Assembly (NCBI GenBank): GCA_040218735.1
Contig: JAVJQW010000019.1
Coordinates: forward strand, 288,001-352,000
Source of the DNA: Deltaproteobacteria bacterium
GTDB taxonomy: Bacteria; Myxococcota; Kuafuiibacteriia; Kuafuiibacteriales; Kuafuiibacteriaceae
Length of the DNA stretch: 64,000 nt
Reading direction: 5' to 3'
Shown here in pieces: positions 55,466-64,000 of this stretch. Made by a program: the position numbers and the translations under genes. Under the pieces are notes generated by a model, which was not told the DNA's origin, did no database searches, and saw only the letters and a list, made by a program, of their open reading frames with translations. Position 1 is the stretch's first letter. Each line of letters begins with the position of its first letter.

Positions 55466-57574
55466 ATGTCCTCCCCCGCGAAGACACTCGCGACCGCCAT
55501 CGACCACCACCGCGATGGTCGGCTCGCTGACGCCGAAAAACTCTACCGCCGGATCCTGAAGCGTGCCCCCCAGCACGCCGACGCGCTGCACCTGCTCGGC
55601 CTCGTCCATCACCAACGCGGGCGGCACGACCCGGCGCTCACGTACGTCGACCGCGCGCTCCGCGTCGCGCCCGCGACGCCGTTCTACCTCAACACCCTCG
55701 GCGAGGTTCGACGCGCACGCGGCGAGCTCGGCCCCGCGCGACGTGCGTTCGAAAAGGCGATCGCGCGGAAGGCGGACTACGTCGAGGCGCATCACAACCT
55801 CGGCACCCTCCACCGCGACGCGGGCGACCTCGCGGCGGCCCTCGACGCGTACGATCGTGCGTTGCAGCTCAACCCCTCGTTTGCGCTCTCGCACTGCGGA
55901 CGCGCGACGGTGCTGCGTCGCCTCGGGGACGCGGAGGGGGCCTTCGCCGCTTCGCAGCGTGCGCTCGCGCTCGACCCGGACCTCGCCGACGCGCACTTCG
56001 AGCTCGCGCTGGGTTACCTCCTGTTCGACCGGCACGGCGACGCGCTGACGGAGCTCAAGCTCGCGCTCACCCTCGCGCCCGACGCGCGTGGGCGCTACCT
56101 CCCGTCGGTGGTGATGGGGCTGCGGCGCGCGCAGTTCGACGCCTACGATCCCTGGTACGCGCACCTCCTGGTCGAGCTGTTCGACGACCCGGCGTACGAG
56201 GACCGCGCGGTGCTCCCCGCGGCGCTGACGATGCTCGCGCGCGACCCGATCGTGATCGACGCGATGGTCAACGCGCCGAACCTGATCGCGCTCGCGCACC
56301 GCCCCCTCCTCGCGGCGGTGCTGCGCGCGGAGATCGTGAGTGACCTTCGACTCGAGGGGCTCGTCCTGCGGATTCGCGACGCGCTCCTCGCCGCGACACC
56401 CGACGCGGCGCTCTTGGATTTGTTCGGTGCGGTGGTGGAGCAGATGTTCTTCACCGAGTACGCCAACGCCGAGGAGCCCGTCCCGTTGGTGCTGGACGCG
56501 GACCCGCTGCAGCGCGCCTGGAACGTGCTGTCGGCGGCGACGCACCGCGCGTTGCTGTTCGCGGACGGTGCCGAGATCTTTGACGCGACGTCCCGCGACG
56601 CGTGGCCGGAGCCGGTCGCACGGGTGATCGATCGGGTGTACTTCGAGCCCAAGGCGGAGCGTGCGTGGCTCGCGCGGATCGACGTGCTCACGCCGATCCA
56701 CGACGACACCTCGCGCGACGTGCAGGCGCAGTACGAGACGCACCCCTACCCCCGGTGGATCGATCTTCCGCGCTTCGAGCCGGAGCCGCTCGCGTATTCG
56801 CTGTCGCGGACGCTCGGCGAAGCGGTCGACTTCCCCGAGCACCCGCGGGTGTTGATCGCGGGCGCGGGCACGGGGCGGCACCCTCTGGCGCGCGCGATGG
56901 CGCACCCCGAGATCGATCTGCTGGGTATCGATCTGTCGAAGCGGAGCCTCGCGTACGCGCGGCGCATGGTGGAGCGGTCGGGGGTGTCGAACGTTCGGCT
57001 CGGTCAGGCGGACCTGATGGAGCTGAAGTCGCGCGAGCGCTTTCATCTGATCGAAGCGGTGGGGGTGTTGCATCACCTCGCGGATCCGCTGCGTGGGTGG
57101 CGTGCGCTCGCCGAGCTCCTCGAGCCGGGCGGGGTGATGAAGGTCGGGCTGTACAGCGAGCGTGCGCGGGCTGGTGTCGTCGCGGCGCGGACGTGGGTCG
57201 CCGAGGAGGGCTTCACGCCGACGGCGGATGGGCTTCGTGCGTTTCGGCGGCGGGTGAAGACGGGTGAAGGTGTCCCGGAGGCGGTGCTCGCGGTGACGCG
57301 GTTCCGTGACTTCTACTCGATCGGTGAGCTGCGCGATCTCGTCTTCCACGTGATGGAGCACCGGACGTCGCCGCTCGAGATCGCGACGACGCTCGAGGTG
57401 TGCGGGCTCGAGTTCTGCGGGTTTCAGTTCCCGGAGCCGTCGGTGATGGCGCGGTTCGAGGCCGAGCATCCGGGGCGCGCGCGTGACCTCAGCGCGTGGG
57501 AGGCGTTCGAGATCGAGCACCCCGACACGTTCCGTTCGATGTACCAGTTCTATTGCCGTAAGCTCGGCGGGTGA
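55466..57574 (+). CDS. TPR-repeat class I SAM-dependent methyltransferase
   Basis: N-terminal TPRs (DALHLLG, AHHNLG), then QYETHPYPRW, VLIAGAGTG, GIDLSKRSLAYA and GVLHHLADP. Confidence 0.9.
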   Translation: MSSPAKTLATAIDHHRDGRLADAEKLYRRILKRAPQHADALHLLGLVHHQRGRHDPALTYVDRALRVAPATPFYLNTLGEVRRARGELGPARRAFEKAIARKADYVEAHHNLGTLHRDAGDLAAALDAYDRALQLNPSFALSHCGRATVLRRLGDAEGAFAASQRALALDPDLADAHFELALGYLLFDRHGDALTELKLALTLAPDARGRYLPSVVMGLRRAQFDAYDPWYAHLLVELFDDPAYEDRAVLPAALTMLARDPIVIDAMVNAPNLIALAHRPLLAAVLRAEIVSDLRLEGLVLRIRDALLAATPDAALLDLFGAVVEQMFFTEYANAEEPVPLVLDADPLQRAWNVLSAATHRALLFADGAEIFDATSRDAWPEPVARVIDRVYFEPKAERAWLARIDVLTPIHDDTSRDVQAQYETHPYPRWIDLPRFEPEPLAYSLSRTLGEAVDFPEHPRVLIAGAGTGRHPLARAMAHPEIDLLGIDLSKRSLAYARRMVERSGVSNVRLGQADLMELKSRERFHLIEAVGVLHHLADPLRGWRALAELLEPGGVMKVGLYSERARAGVVAARTWVAEEGFTPTADGLRAFRRRVKTGEGVPEAVLAVTRFRDFYSIGELRDLVFHVMEHRTSPLEIATTLEVCGLEFCGFQFPEPSVMARFEAEHPGRARDLSAWEAFEIEHPDTFRSMYQFYCRKLGG

Positions 57575-58143
57575 CGCACCCGGCCTTGCTCGATCCCTCC
57601 GCCGCCACCGCGACGGCGCCCGACACGTTCACCGTACAGCTCGACACGACGCAGGGTGCGATCCTCGTCGATGTGGATCGCGGCTGGGCGCCGCTCGGCG
57701 CGGACCGCTTCTACAACCTGGTGACGATCGGCTACTACGACGACGTCGCGTTCTTTCGCGTGGTCGACGGGTTCGTCGCGCAGGTCGGCATCCACGGGGA
57801 CCCGGCGGTGAACAAGGTCTGGAAGAAGGCGTTGATCAAGGACGACCCGGTGGTGGCGTCGAACGCGGAGGGGACGGTGACGTTTGCGACGTCCGGTCGC
57901 GACGCGCGCACGACGCAGTTCTTCATCAACTACCGCAACAACGCGCGGCTCGACGCGATGGGGTTCTCGGCGTTCGGGAAGGTGCAGGACATGGACGTCG
58001 CCCGGAAGCTGCACGCGGGGTACGGCGAGGGCGCGCCGTCGGGGCGCGGACCGCAGCAAGGCCGCATCCACCGCGAGGGCAACGTGTATCTACGCGGAGG
58101 GTTTGCGCAGCTCGACTACATTCGCACGGCGCGCGTGGTTTGA
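57571..58143 (+). CDS. Cyclophilin-type peptidyl-prolyl isomerase
   Basis: Motifs WAPLGADRFYNLV, FFRVVDGFVAQ and RTTQFFIN. Confidence 0.92.
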   Translation: MTHPALLDPSAATATAPDTFTVQLDTTQGAILVDVDRGWAPLGADRFYNLVTIGYYDDVAFFRVVDGFVAQVGIHGDPAVNKVWKKALIKDDPVVASNAEGTVTFATSGRDARTTQFFINYRNNARLDAMGFSAFGKVQDMDVARKLHAGYGEGAPSGRGPQQGRIHREGNVYLRGGFAQLDYIRTARVV

Positions 58144-58652
58144 TGCGCGCGGCGTTGGTGCTGATCGCCGTGCTGTCGGCGTCCGAGGCGCGCGCGGAGG
58201 ACTGGGCGAACGCGTTCGAGATCGGCGCGTCGTCGGACGCGGACACGGTGGTGATCACGGTGCGTCCGACGCGGGACGGCCACTACGTGAACGCCGACTA
58301 CCCGACGAAGCTCACGCTCGCGTCGACGGGGACGACCTTGTCGAAGACGACGCTGCGTCGCGACGACGCACGGTTCGTCGACGCCGGGCTACCGGGGAAG
58401 GCGAAGCGCGCGACGTTCTCTGTCGGCGCGAAGGGCGACGGCACGATCACGGTGACCTACAAGCTAACGGTGTGCACGTCGAAGGCGTGCTCGCCGCCGC
58501 TGAAGGGGACGTTCACACACCGACACCGCGGGCCTCGTGCCCCGCGTCCGCCTCCGGCGGTGCGCGCGCCCGTGGTGGAGGTGCAAGTTGGCTTGCGCGC
58601 GGAGCGGTGCGGCCATCGTCGGTGGCCGGGGGCGCCCCGGGTCGCTCCGTGA
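58143..58652 (+). CDS. Exported protein, DsbD-N-like Ig domain
   Basis: Signal peptide, GHYVNADYPTKL and VCTSKACSP. The ATG overlaps the cyclophilin stop. Confidence 0.55.
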   Translation: MRAALVLIAVLSASEARAEDWANAFEIGASSDADTVVITVRPTRDGHYVNADYPTKLTLASTGTTLSKTTLRRDDARFVDAGLPGKAKRATFSVGAKGDGTITVTYKLTVCTSKACSPPLKGTFTHRHRGPRAPRPPPAVRAPVVEVQVGLRAERCGHRRWPGAPRVAP

Positions 58653-58691
58653 TCGCAGCGGGCGCCCGTGGAGGGGGGTAGGCTGACGGCT

Positions 58692-60881
58692 CTAGCCGGA
58701 GGGGGCTTCGCTGTTCACTTCGAAGCGCGCGACGGCTTCGTGTTTGCTGACGCCCATCGGCGCGGCGAAGACGTAGACGTAGAAGTCGCCGGCGCGGGTG
58801 AACTGGCAGTCGGCGGCGCTGCGGCGGCCGAGCTGGGAGCGTGAGACGCAGTCCGTGAACGGGCCGGTCGGGCGGTCGCGCTGCGCGTACGCGAAGAACA
58901 CCGACGCGCCGAGCGGGTTGTCGACCTCGAAGTGCGCCGACGCGGCGACGGTGATCTGCGACCGGTCGGGCGTCACGAGCCCGAAGCCGTACGCGAAGAA
59001 GCGGGGGAGCAGGAGCGGTTGCCGCAGGAAGGCGCCGCGGGAGAGCGGCTGCGCGAGGAGCTGCCACTGCGTCTGTTGGGGGAGGTGGGTGAGGACGAAG
59101 ATGTCGGGCGGCGCGAGGAGGTAGTCGGTGCGGTACTTCTCGACGAAGTCGCGGCCGTCGATGTGGCCGGCGTCCCAGGTGACGTCGACGAGGTACCACC
59201 GCCCTTCGAGCTCGACGGCGTTCCAGGCGTGCGATGCGCTGGGGTTGCGCGGCTGCGCGAAGCGCGCGTCGCCCGAGATGTAGACGGCGCGGTAGCCGAC
59301 GGTCTCCATCATCGCTTTGAAGAGCCGCGCGTAGCCGGCACACACCGCTTCGCGTCGGTCGAAGACCGTCTTGGGATCACTCGGGGGGAGGCGGTTGAGA
59401 TCGAAGTCGGCGTCGTAGTCGATCCGTACCGCGATGAAGTCGTGGATCGCTTTGGTGAGCTCGTAGGGATCGCGCACGCGCGACGCGATGTGCTGCGCGA
59501 CTTGTTCGTAGGAGCCCGACGCGCTCGCCGGGATGTTCGTCGCGAGCGCGTGCGGTGACGGGCGGCGCAGCCAATCGAGGTAGCGCTGACGTGCGACGGA
59601 GGTGGGGGGTGCCGGAGGCGGCGCTGTTGGTGGCGGCGGCGGCGTGGTGCGCGAGGGGGGTGGCGGCGGCGGGGGGGCGTCGTCGCTGGGGCCGATGATG
59701 ATGAGGGGGATGTCGTGGTCGGGGTCCGTGCTCACACGCCCCGCTCGGGGAGCCGACGGCGGCGGAGCTGCGGCGCCGGACCCGGAACCGGGGGCCGCCG
59801 ACTCTGAACCCTTGCCCGAGCCCTCGCCCCAGCCCCTGCCCGAATCCGACTCCGAACCCTTGCCCGAGCCCTCGCCCCAGCCCTTGCCCGAATCCGACTC
59901 CGAACCCTTGCCCGAGCCCTCGCCCCAGCCCTTGCCCGAATCCGACCCGGAACCCGAACCCGAACCCGAACCCGAACCCGAACCCGAACCCGAACCCGAA
60001 CCCGAACCCGAACCCGAACCCGAACCCGAACCCGAACCCGAACCCGAACCCGAACCCGAACCCGAACTCGAACCCGAACCCGAACCCGTTCCCGTTCCCG
60101 AACCCGATCCCGACCCGGAACCTGATTCGGACTCCGTACCTGATTCGGACCCGGATTCGGGCGAGGGCTGGGGCTCGGGCTCGGGCAAGGGGTCTGAACG
60201 TGATGCCGAGTCCGAGCCCGATTCGGACTCGGGACCCGGACCGGAACCGGGACCCGGACCGGGTTCGGCGGGGGTACCGACGTCCCAGATCTCCCCGCCC
60301 GGCTCCACACCCGCCGCGCCCGAGCGCACGCGCGTGCGATCCCAACCGACGTCGACCGGCTCGACTTTCACGCTGTCGTCGAAGGCGTCGAACGGGTTGT
60401 CCTCGGCGTACAGGAAGTCGGCGCGATCTGCGACGGCGAGGAGCGCGTCGCGCCAGGGGCCGCGCGCGCCCTCCATCATCCAGTCGCCGCGTGTGGTGAT
60501 CGCCGTGAAGACCACGCGCGGGAAGACGATCAGCGCGACGACGAGGAGCGCGGCGTTCACGCGGAGCGCGGAGCGGAGGATGCGGACGCGCGGGGGCGGG
60601 TGGTCGTCCTCGGTCTCGCCGTAGCGGCGTCTGTCGATGCGGTGCCAGATCTCCAGCAGCAGCGGCACACCCGGGAACACGACCAGGCCCACGACCACCG
60701 CCCATAACAACGACACGTTGAGGTGCACGGCGACCGACGTTGCGATCCACAGCCCGACGAGCCCGGCGACCAGGCTGACCACGTCGATCACGCCGGCGAT
60801 CACCGGGAACAGCACACGCTTCGGCCACGCGTCGTAGTCCTGCGTCGTCCAGTCGCTCACCGCACGCGCATCCTCCCTCAT
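58692..60881 (-). CDS. Membrane-anchored transglutaminase-like cysteine protease (KY/CYK3-like) with low-complexity Gly/Ser linker
   Basis: Three N-terminal TMs and the catalytic triad AVCAGYA / SHAWNAV / LVDVTWDAG. Confidence 0.88.
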   Translation of the reverse strand: MREDARAVSDWTTQDYDAWPKRVLFPVIAGVIDVVSLVAGLVGLWIATSVAVHLNVSLLWAVVVGLVVFPGVPLLLEIWHRIDRRRYGETEDDHPPPRVRILRSALRVNAALLVVALIVFPRVVFTAITTRGDWMMEGARGPWRDALLAVADRADFLYAEDNPFDAFDDSVKVEPVDVGWDRTRVRSGAAGVEPGGEIWDVGTPAEPGPGPGSGPGPESESGSDSASRSDPLPEPEPQPSPESGSESGTESESGSGSGSGSGTGTGSGSGSSSGSGSGSGSGSGSGSGSGSGSGSGSGSGSGSGSGSGSGSGSDSGKGWGEGSGKGSESDSGKGWGEGSGKGSESDSGRGWGEGSGKGSESAAPGSGSGAAAPPPSAPRAGRVSTDPDHDIPLIIIGPSDDAPPPPPPPSRTTPPPPPTAPPPAPPTSVARQRYLDWLRRPSPHALATNIPASASGSYEQVAQHIASRVRDPYELTKAIHDFIAVRIDYDADFDLNRLPPSDPKTVFDRREAVCAGYARLFKAMMETVGYRAVYISGDARFAQPRNPSASHAWNAVELEGRWYLVDVTWDAGHIDGRDFVEKYRTDYLLAPPDIFVLTHLPQQTQWQLLAQPLSRGAFLRQPLLLPRFFAYGFGLVTPDRSQITVAASAHFEVDNPLGASVFFAYAQRDRPTGPFTDCVSRSQLGRRSAADCQFTRAGDFYVYVFAAPMGVSKHEAVARFEVNSEAPSG
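59800..59943. repeat. Three tandem 48-bp repeats (encode DSG[KR][12 protein letters not shown] on the minus strand)
   Basis: Units start at 59800, 59848 and 59896. Confidence 0.9.
59950..60087. repeat. (GAACCC)n hexanucleotide microsatellite encoding (Gly-Ser)n
   Basis: 19 perfect units at 59950-60063, one variant unit, then 3 more. Confidence 0.95.
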
Positions 60882-60888
60882 TTTTCGC

Positions 60889-60939
60889 TTGAACCAGGTA
60901 CCCCCCGGGGGTATTAGTTCATATACCTATAGGGGGTAT
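60889..60939 (+). promoter_or_regulatory. CsoR-type operator pair overlapping a putative sigma70 promoter
   Basis: TACCCCCCGGGGGTA (60899-60913) and ATACCTATAGGGGGTAT (60923-60939). TTGAAC at 60889 and TATTAG 17 bp downstream are a possible -35/-10 pair. It lies directly upstream of a CsoR-family gene. Confidence 0.7.
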
Positions 60940-60946
60940 CGAAACG

Positions 60947-61237
60947 ATGATGGATGCCGAGACGAAGAAGAAGGTCCTCGCGCGTTTGAAGCGCGCAGAA
61001 GGGCAAGCCGCGGCGCTGCGCCGCATGGTGGAGGAGGACAGCTACTGCGTGGACGTCCTCGTCCAGATCTCCGCGGTGCAGGGCGCGCTGGGGAAGGTCG
61101 GGCAGATCATCCTCGGGTCACACGTTCGCACGTGTGTCTCGGAGGCGTTCGACCGCGGGACCGAGGACGACAAGGTCGCGAAGGTGGAAGAGCTGATGGA
61201 TGTCTTCGGGCGTTACGCCGGGATCGGGAGTCGATGA
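60947..61237 (+). CDS. csoR: CsoR/RcnR-family metal-sensing repressor
   Basis: RLKRAEGQ...YCVDVLVQISAVQGAL...SHVRTCV carries the C-H-C copper-sensing fingerprint. Confidence 0.88.
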   Translation: MMDAETKKKVLARLKRAEGQAAALRRMVEEDSYCVDVLVQISAVQGALGKVGQIILGSHVRTCVSEAFDRGTEDDKVAKVEELMDVFGRYAGIGSR

Positions 61238-62655
61238 TGAACGCGTACTGGACCGCAGTGCTCGGTGTCCTCGCGTCGCTCGCGCCGTTCCTGCTGCTCG
61301 GCGCGGTGGTCGCGGGTGTACTCCACATCCTCCTCCCGAAGGACTTCGTTCGCCGGCACCTCGGCGGTCGCGGCGGCGTGCTCAAAGCGGTCGCGCTCGG
61401 CGTGCCGCTGCCGCTCTGTTCGTGCGGCGTCATCCCTGCCGGGCTCGGCCTGAAGAAGGACGGCGCCAGCGACGCCTCGACCGTGGGCTTCCTGATCAGC
61501 ACGCCGCAGACCGGCGTCGACTCGATCCTCGTCAGCGCTTCGTTCCTCGGGCTCCCGTTTGCGCTCTTCAAGGTCGTCTCCGCCGCGGTCACCGGAATCG
61601 TCGGTGGCTGGGTCACCGGCTTCGCGTCCGACGGCACGACCCAGCTCCCCGCACCAGCCATGACCAGCGCCGGGGCGCGTCGCAACAAACTGCGCGACTT
61701 CGTCGATCACACGCTGATGATCCTCGGCTCCATCTGGGGCTGGGTCATCTTCGGCATCCTCGCCTCCGCCGCGATCGAGGTCTTCGTCCCGCATGACTTC
61801 CTCGCTGGCTTCGCGGAGTCGGGCTCAATCCTCCCGATGATCGCCGCGCTCGTGATCTCACTGCCGCTCTACGTGTGCGCGACCGCTTCGGTGCCGATCG
61901 CCGCTGCGCTCGTCGAAGCCGGCCTCCCCGCCGGCGCTGCGCTCGTGTTCCTGATGGCGGGGCCCGCGACGAACGTCGCGACCATCGGCGCCATCTACCG
62001 GACGCTCGGCAAGAAGCCGCTCGCGATCTACCTCGCGACGATCGTCCTCGGGAGCATTGGCTTCGGCTTCATGTTCGACTTCGTCCTTCCGCTCGACGCG
62101 GTCACCGCTCCCCACGACCACACCACGTTCGAGTGGTGGCGCGTCGCGAGCATGGTGGCGCTGGTCGCGCTGCTCGCCTACTTCGCCGTCCGTGACCTCC
62201 GCGCGAAGCTCCGCAAGCAACCGGAGCCCGCCGGAGCGATCGAGGTCGCCGTCGAAGGCATGACCTGCAACGGCTGCGTCAATACACTCGAGCGAAAGCT
62301 CCGCGAGACCGCGGGCGTCGAATCCGCTCACGTCTCACTCGACCCGCAGCGCGCGGTCGTCCGCGGCTCGATCTCCGAGGAGGCCGTTGGGGCCGCCGTC
62401 GTCGCGGCCGGCTTTCGCGTCGCGCCGACGGCGCGCTCGGTGGAGGTCGCGGTCGAGGGCATGACCTGTAACGGGTGCGTACGAAAGCTCGAACGCATCC
62501 TCCGCGAGAAGCCGGGTGTCGAAGACGTTCAGGTCACGCTCGACCCGCAGCGCGCCGTGGTGCGCGGGACGATCGCGGAGGCCGACGTCCACGCCGCCGT
62601 CGACGAAGCCGGCTATCGCGTGCCGACCGCCGAGCCGATCTCCGCCGCGAGCTGA
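61234..62655 (+). CDS. ArsP/DUF318-type permease (SO_0444-like Cu/Zn efflux) with two C-terminal HMA domains
   Basis: GVPLPLCSCGVIP, STPQTGVDS, PLYVCATASVP, AGPATN and two copies of GMTCNGC. Confidence 0.9.
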   Translation: MMNAYWTAVLGVLASLAPFLLLGAVVAGVLHILLPKDFVRRHLGGRGGVLKAVALGVPLPLCSCGVIPAGLGLKKDGASDASTVGFLISTPQTGVDSILVSASFLGLPFALFKVVSAAVTGIVGGWVTGFASDGTTQLPAPAMTSAGARRNKLRDFVDHTLMILGSIWGWVIFGILASAAIEVFVPHDFLAGFAESGSILPMIAALVISLPLYVCATASVPIAAALVEAGLPAGAALVFLMAGPATNVATIGAIYRTLGKKPLAIYLATIVLGSIGFGFMFDFVLPLDAVTAPHDHTTFEWWRVASMVALVALLAYFAVRDLRAKLRKQPEPAGAIEVAVEGMTCNGCVNTLERKLRETAGVESAHVSLDPQRAVVRGSISEEAVGAAVVAAGFRVAPTARSVEVAVEGMTCNGCVRKLERILREKPGVEDVQVTLDPQRAVVRGTIAEADVHAAVDEAGYRVPTAEPISAAS

Positions 62656-62732
62656 CCGTCGAAACCGTCGCCACCGTTCGGCTCGCGTCGGGTCGCTTTC
62701 CGCCCGGACACGCCGGCGCTACCCTCGCGCCG

Positions 62733-63275
62733 ATGGAAGGCCACTGCACCTGCCGACAGATTCGCTACCGCCTCGAAGGTGATCCGCTCTTCGTTCACTG
62801 CTGCCACTGCAGTTGGTGCCAGCGCGAGACCGGGACGGCGTTTGCGCTCAACGCGATGTACGAAGCCACACGCGTCGAGGTGCTCGAAGGCGAGCCTGAG
62901 CTCGTCGATACCCCATCGAACAGCGGGAAGGGCCAGGTCATCGCGCGCTGCCCGACGTGCCGCGTCGCGCTGTGGAGCAACTACGGCGGTCGCGGCGATG
63001 TCGTGCGGTTCGTGCGCGTCGGGACGATCGACGGCCACGCGTTGAAGCCCGACGTCCACATCTTCACATCGACGATGCAACCCTGGTTGACACTCGGCGA
63101 CGGCGCGCCCGTTTGCGACGCGTACTACGATCGAAAGAAGCTGTGGCCCGAGGCGAGCCTCGAGCACCCGGCCGTCGCCGCGGCTTCGCCGCGCCCACTG
63201 GGCACCTCGTCGGCTTCCCCCCTTCCGGGGGGGCGCCTCCTCGGGCGATGGAAGGTCATGTTGGAATCGAGGTGA
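62733..63275 (+). CDS. GFA (CENP-V) family protein
   Basis: EGHCTCRQIRY, HCCHCSWCQRETG and RCPTC, with an atypical C-terminal extension. Confidence 0.85.
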   Translation: MEGHCTCRQIRYRLEGDPLFVHCCHCSWCQRETGTAFALNAMYEATRVEVLEGEPELVDTPSNSGKGQVIARCPTCRVALWSNYGGRGDVVRFVRVGTIDGHALKPDVHIFTSTMQPWLTLGDGAPVCDAYYDRKKLWPEASLEHPAVAAASPRPLGTSSASPLPGGRLLGRWKVMLESR

Positions 63276-63279
63276 CGAG

Positions 63280-63678
63280 TCAGACGGTGATTTCGAGCAG
63301 GGCTCCACCGCCCTGTTCGGCGATCTTCCGCGCGGCGCTGAGCGCCTGTTCCGACGGAATCTGTCGAATGACGTCGCCCGAGCTCTTGTCGATGACTTGA
63401 ACTACGGCGCGACCACTCTCCTCATCAATGGCGAAGTGCAGGTTCGGATGTCGCTGATGTGCGGCTTCGGCGAGGCGCTCGACCACCTCTTGGAGCGCCT
63501 CGGGCGCCAGCGGATCGTTCTCCTGCCCAGGTGATGCCGGTTCGAATCCGGAAGCGGCGGCGTGATCCGACGAGGGCGCGACCGACGTCGACGCCTTGGC
63601 GGCGGGCGACGTCCGCGTCGCGGCCAGGTCGGGCCGCGCTCCGGTGGGCCTGGGGCCCTTGAAATCCAGCTCGCTCAT
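63280..63678 (-). CDS. flaG: Flagellar protein FlaG
   Basis: LHFAIDEESGRAVVQVIDKSSGDVIRQIPSE; lies directly downstream of flagellin. Confidence 0.9.
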   Translation of the reverse strand: MSELDFKGPRPTGARPDLAATRTSPAAKASTSVAPSSDHAAASGFEPASPGQENDPLAPEALQEVVERLAEAAHQRHPNLHFAIDEESGRAVVQVIDKSSGDVIRQIPSEQALSAARKIAEQGGGALLEITV

Positions 63679-63701
63679 GCGAAGTACCTAGGCACTCGAG
63701 T

Positions 63702-63726
63702 GCCCCGGAGCATCACGCTCCGGGGC
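63702..63726 (-). terminator. Stem-loop between flagellin and flaG (terminator or mRNA-stabilising hairpin)
   Basis: GCCCCGGAGC-ATCAC-GCTCCGGGGC forms a perfect 10-bp stem; there is no U-tract. Confidence 0.5.
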
Positions 63727-63746
63727 GCCCGAGAGTTTTCGACTGA

Positions 63747-64000
63747 TTACCCGAGCAGCGACAGGGCCGACTGCTGCGAGACGTTCGCCTGCGCGAGCAT
63801 TGCCGTACCGGCCTGCTGCAGAATCTGGCCACGCGTCAGGTTCGCCGTCTCCGTCGCGAAGTCCGCGTCCATGACGCGAGACCGAGCGGCGGAGATGTTC
63901 TCCGAGACGTTGGTCAGGTTCGAGATGGTCGAGTCGAGACGATTCTGGATGGCACCGAGGTCGGCGCGCGCGTTGTCGATCGCAGTGAGCGCCGCGTCGA
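63747..64000 (-). CDS. fliC: Flagellin, C-terminal part (5' end outside the window)
   Basis: Manual translation: ...[73 protein letters not shown]. Confidence 0.95.
   Translation of the reverse strand, partial: DAALTAIDNARADLGAIQNRLDSTISNLTNVSENISAARSRVMDADFATETANLTRGQILQQAGTAMLAQANVSQQSALSLLG

Noticed and set aside
59377-60828. Alternative-frame ORFs with (GF)n, (RV)n or (PE)n repeats
   Set aside because: These are other readings of the hexamer microsatellite. The transglutaminase frame has an intact catalytic triad and TM anchor.

Overview
This is a very GC-rich (about 70% by eye), densely coding bacterial window. A MYXO-CTERM-like C-terminal tail, a TonB-domain-fused TonB-dependent receptor and Cys-rich lipoproteins suggest Myxococcota or a related deltaproteobacterial lineage (inference). 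About 50 real CDSs can be picked out of the many spurious high-GC ORFs. Recognisable genes include radA, crcB/fluC, glnS, a SNF2 helicase, a cyclophilin, fliS, flaG, the 3' end of a flagellin, and a CsoR regulator with a permease-HMA metal-efflux gene. The most unusual loci are: (1) a coupled ParA/MinD ATPase - Roadblock - Roadblock - tandem-V4R - WbsX/GH99 operon with a convergent receiver-Roadblock gene, resembling an Mgl-like signalling module with no small GTPase in the window; (2) a coupled operon of a cation:proton antiporter, a 1383-aa antiporter fused to a STAND/AAA-like NTPase and winged helix, and an MscS-like protein, followed by a pseudokinase; (3) several palindromic REP/MITE-like elements, one lying in-frame inside a transglutaminase gene; (4) three tandem paralogous membrane-anchored helical-repeat proteins with a repeated GxLSLA tail; (5) a lower-GC PIN-domain insert beside a frameshifted IS66-like remnant. 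No rRNA, tRNA or CRISPR array was seen. All functional calls come from reading motifs, without database searches.
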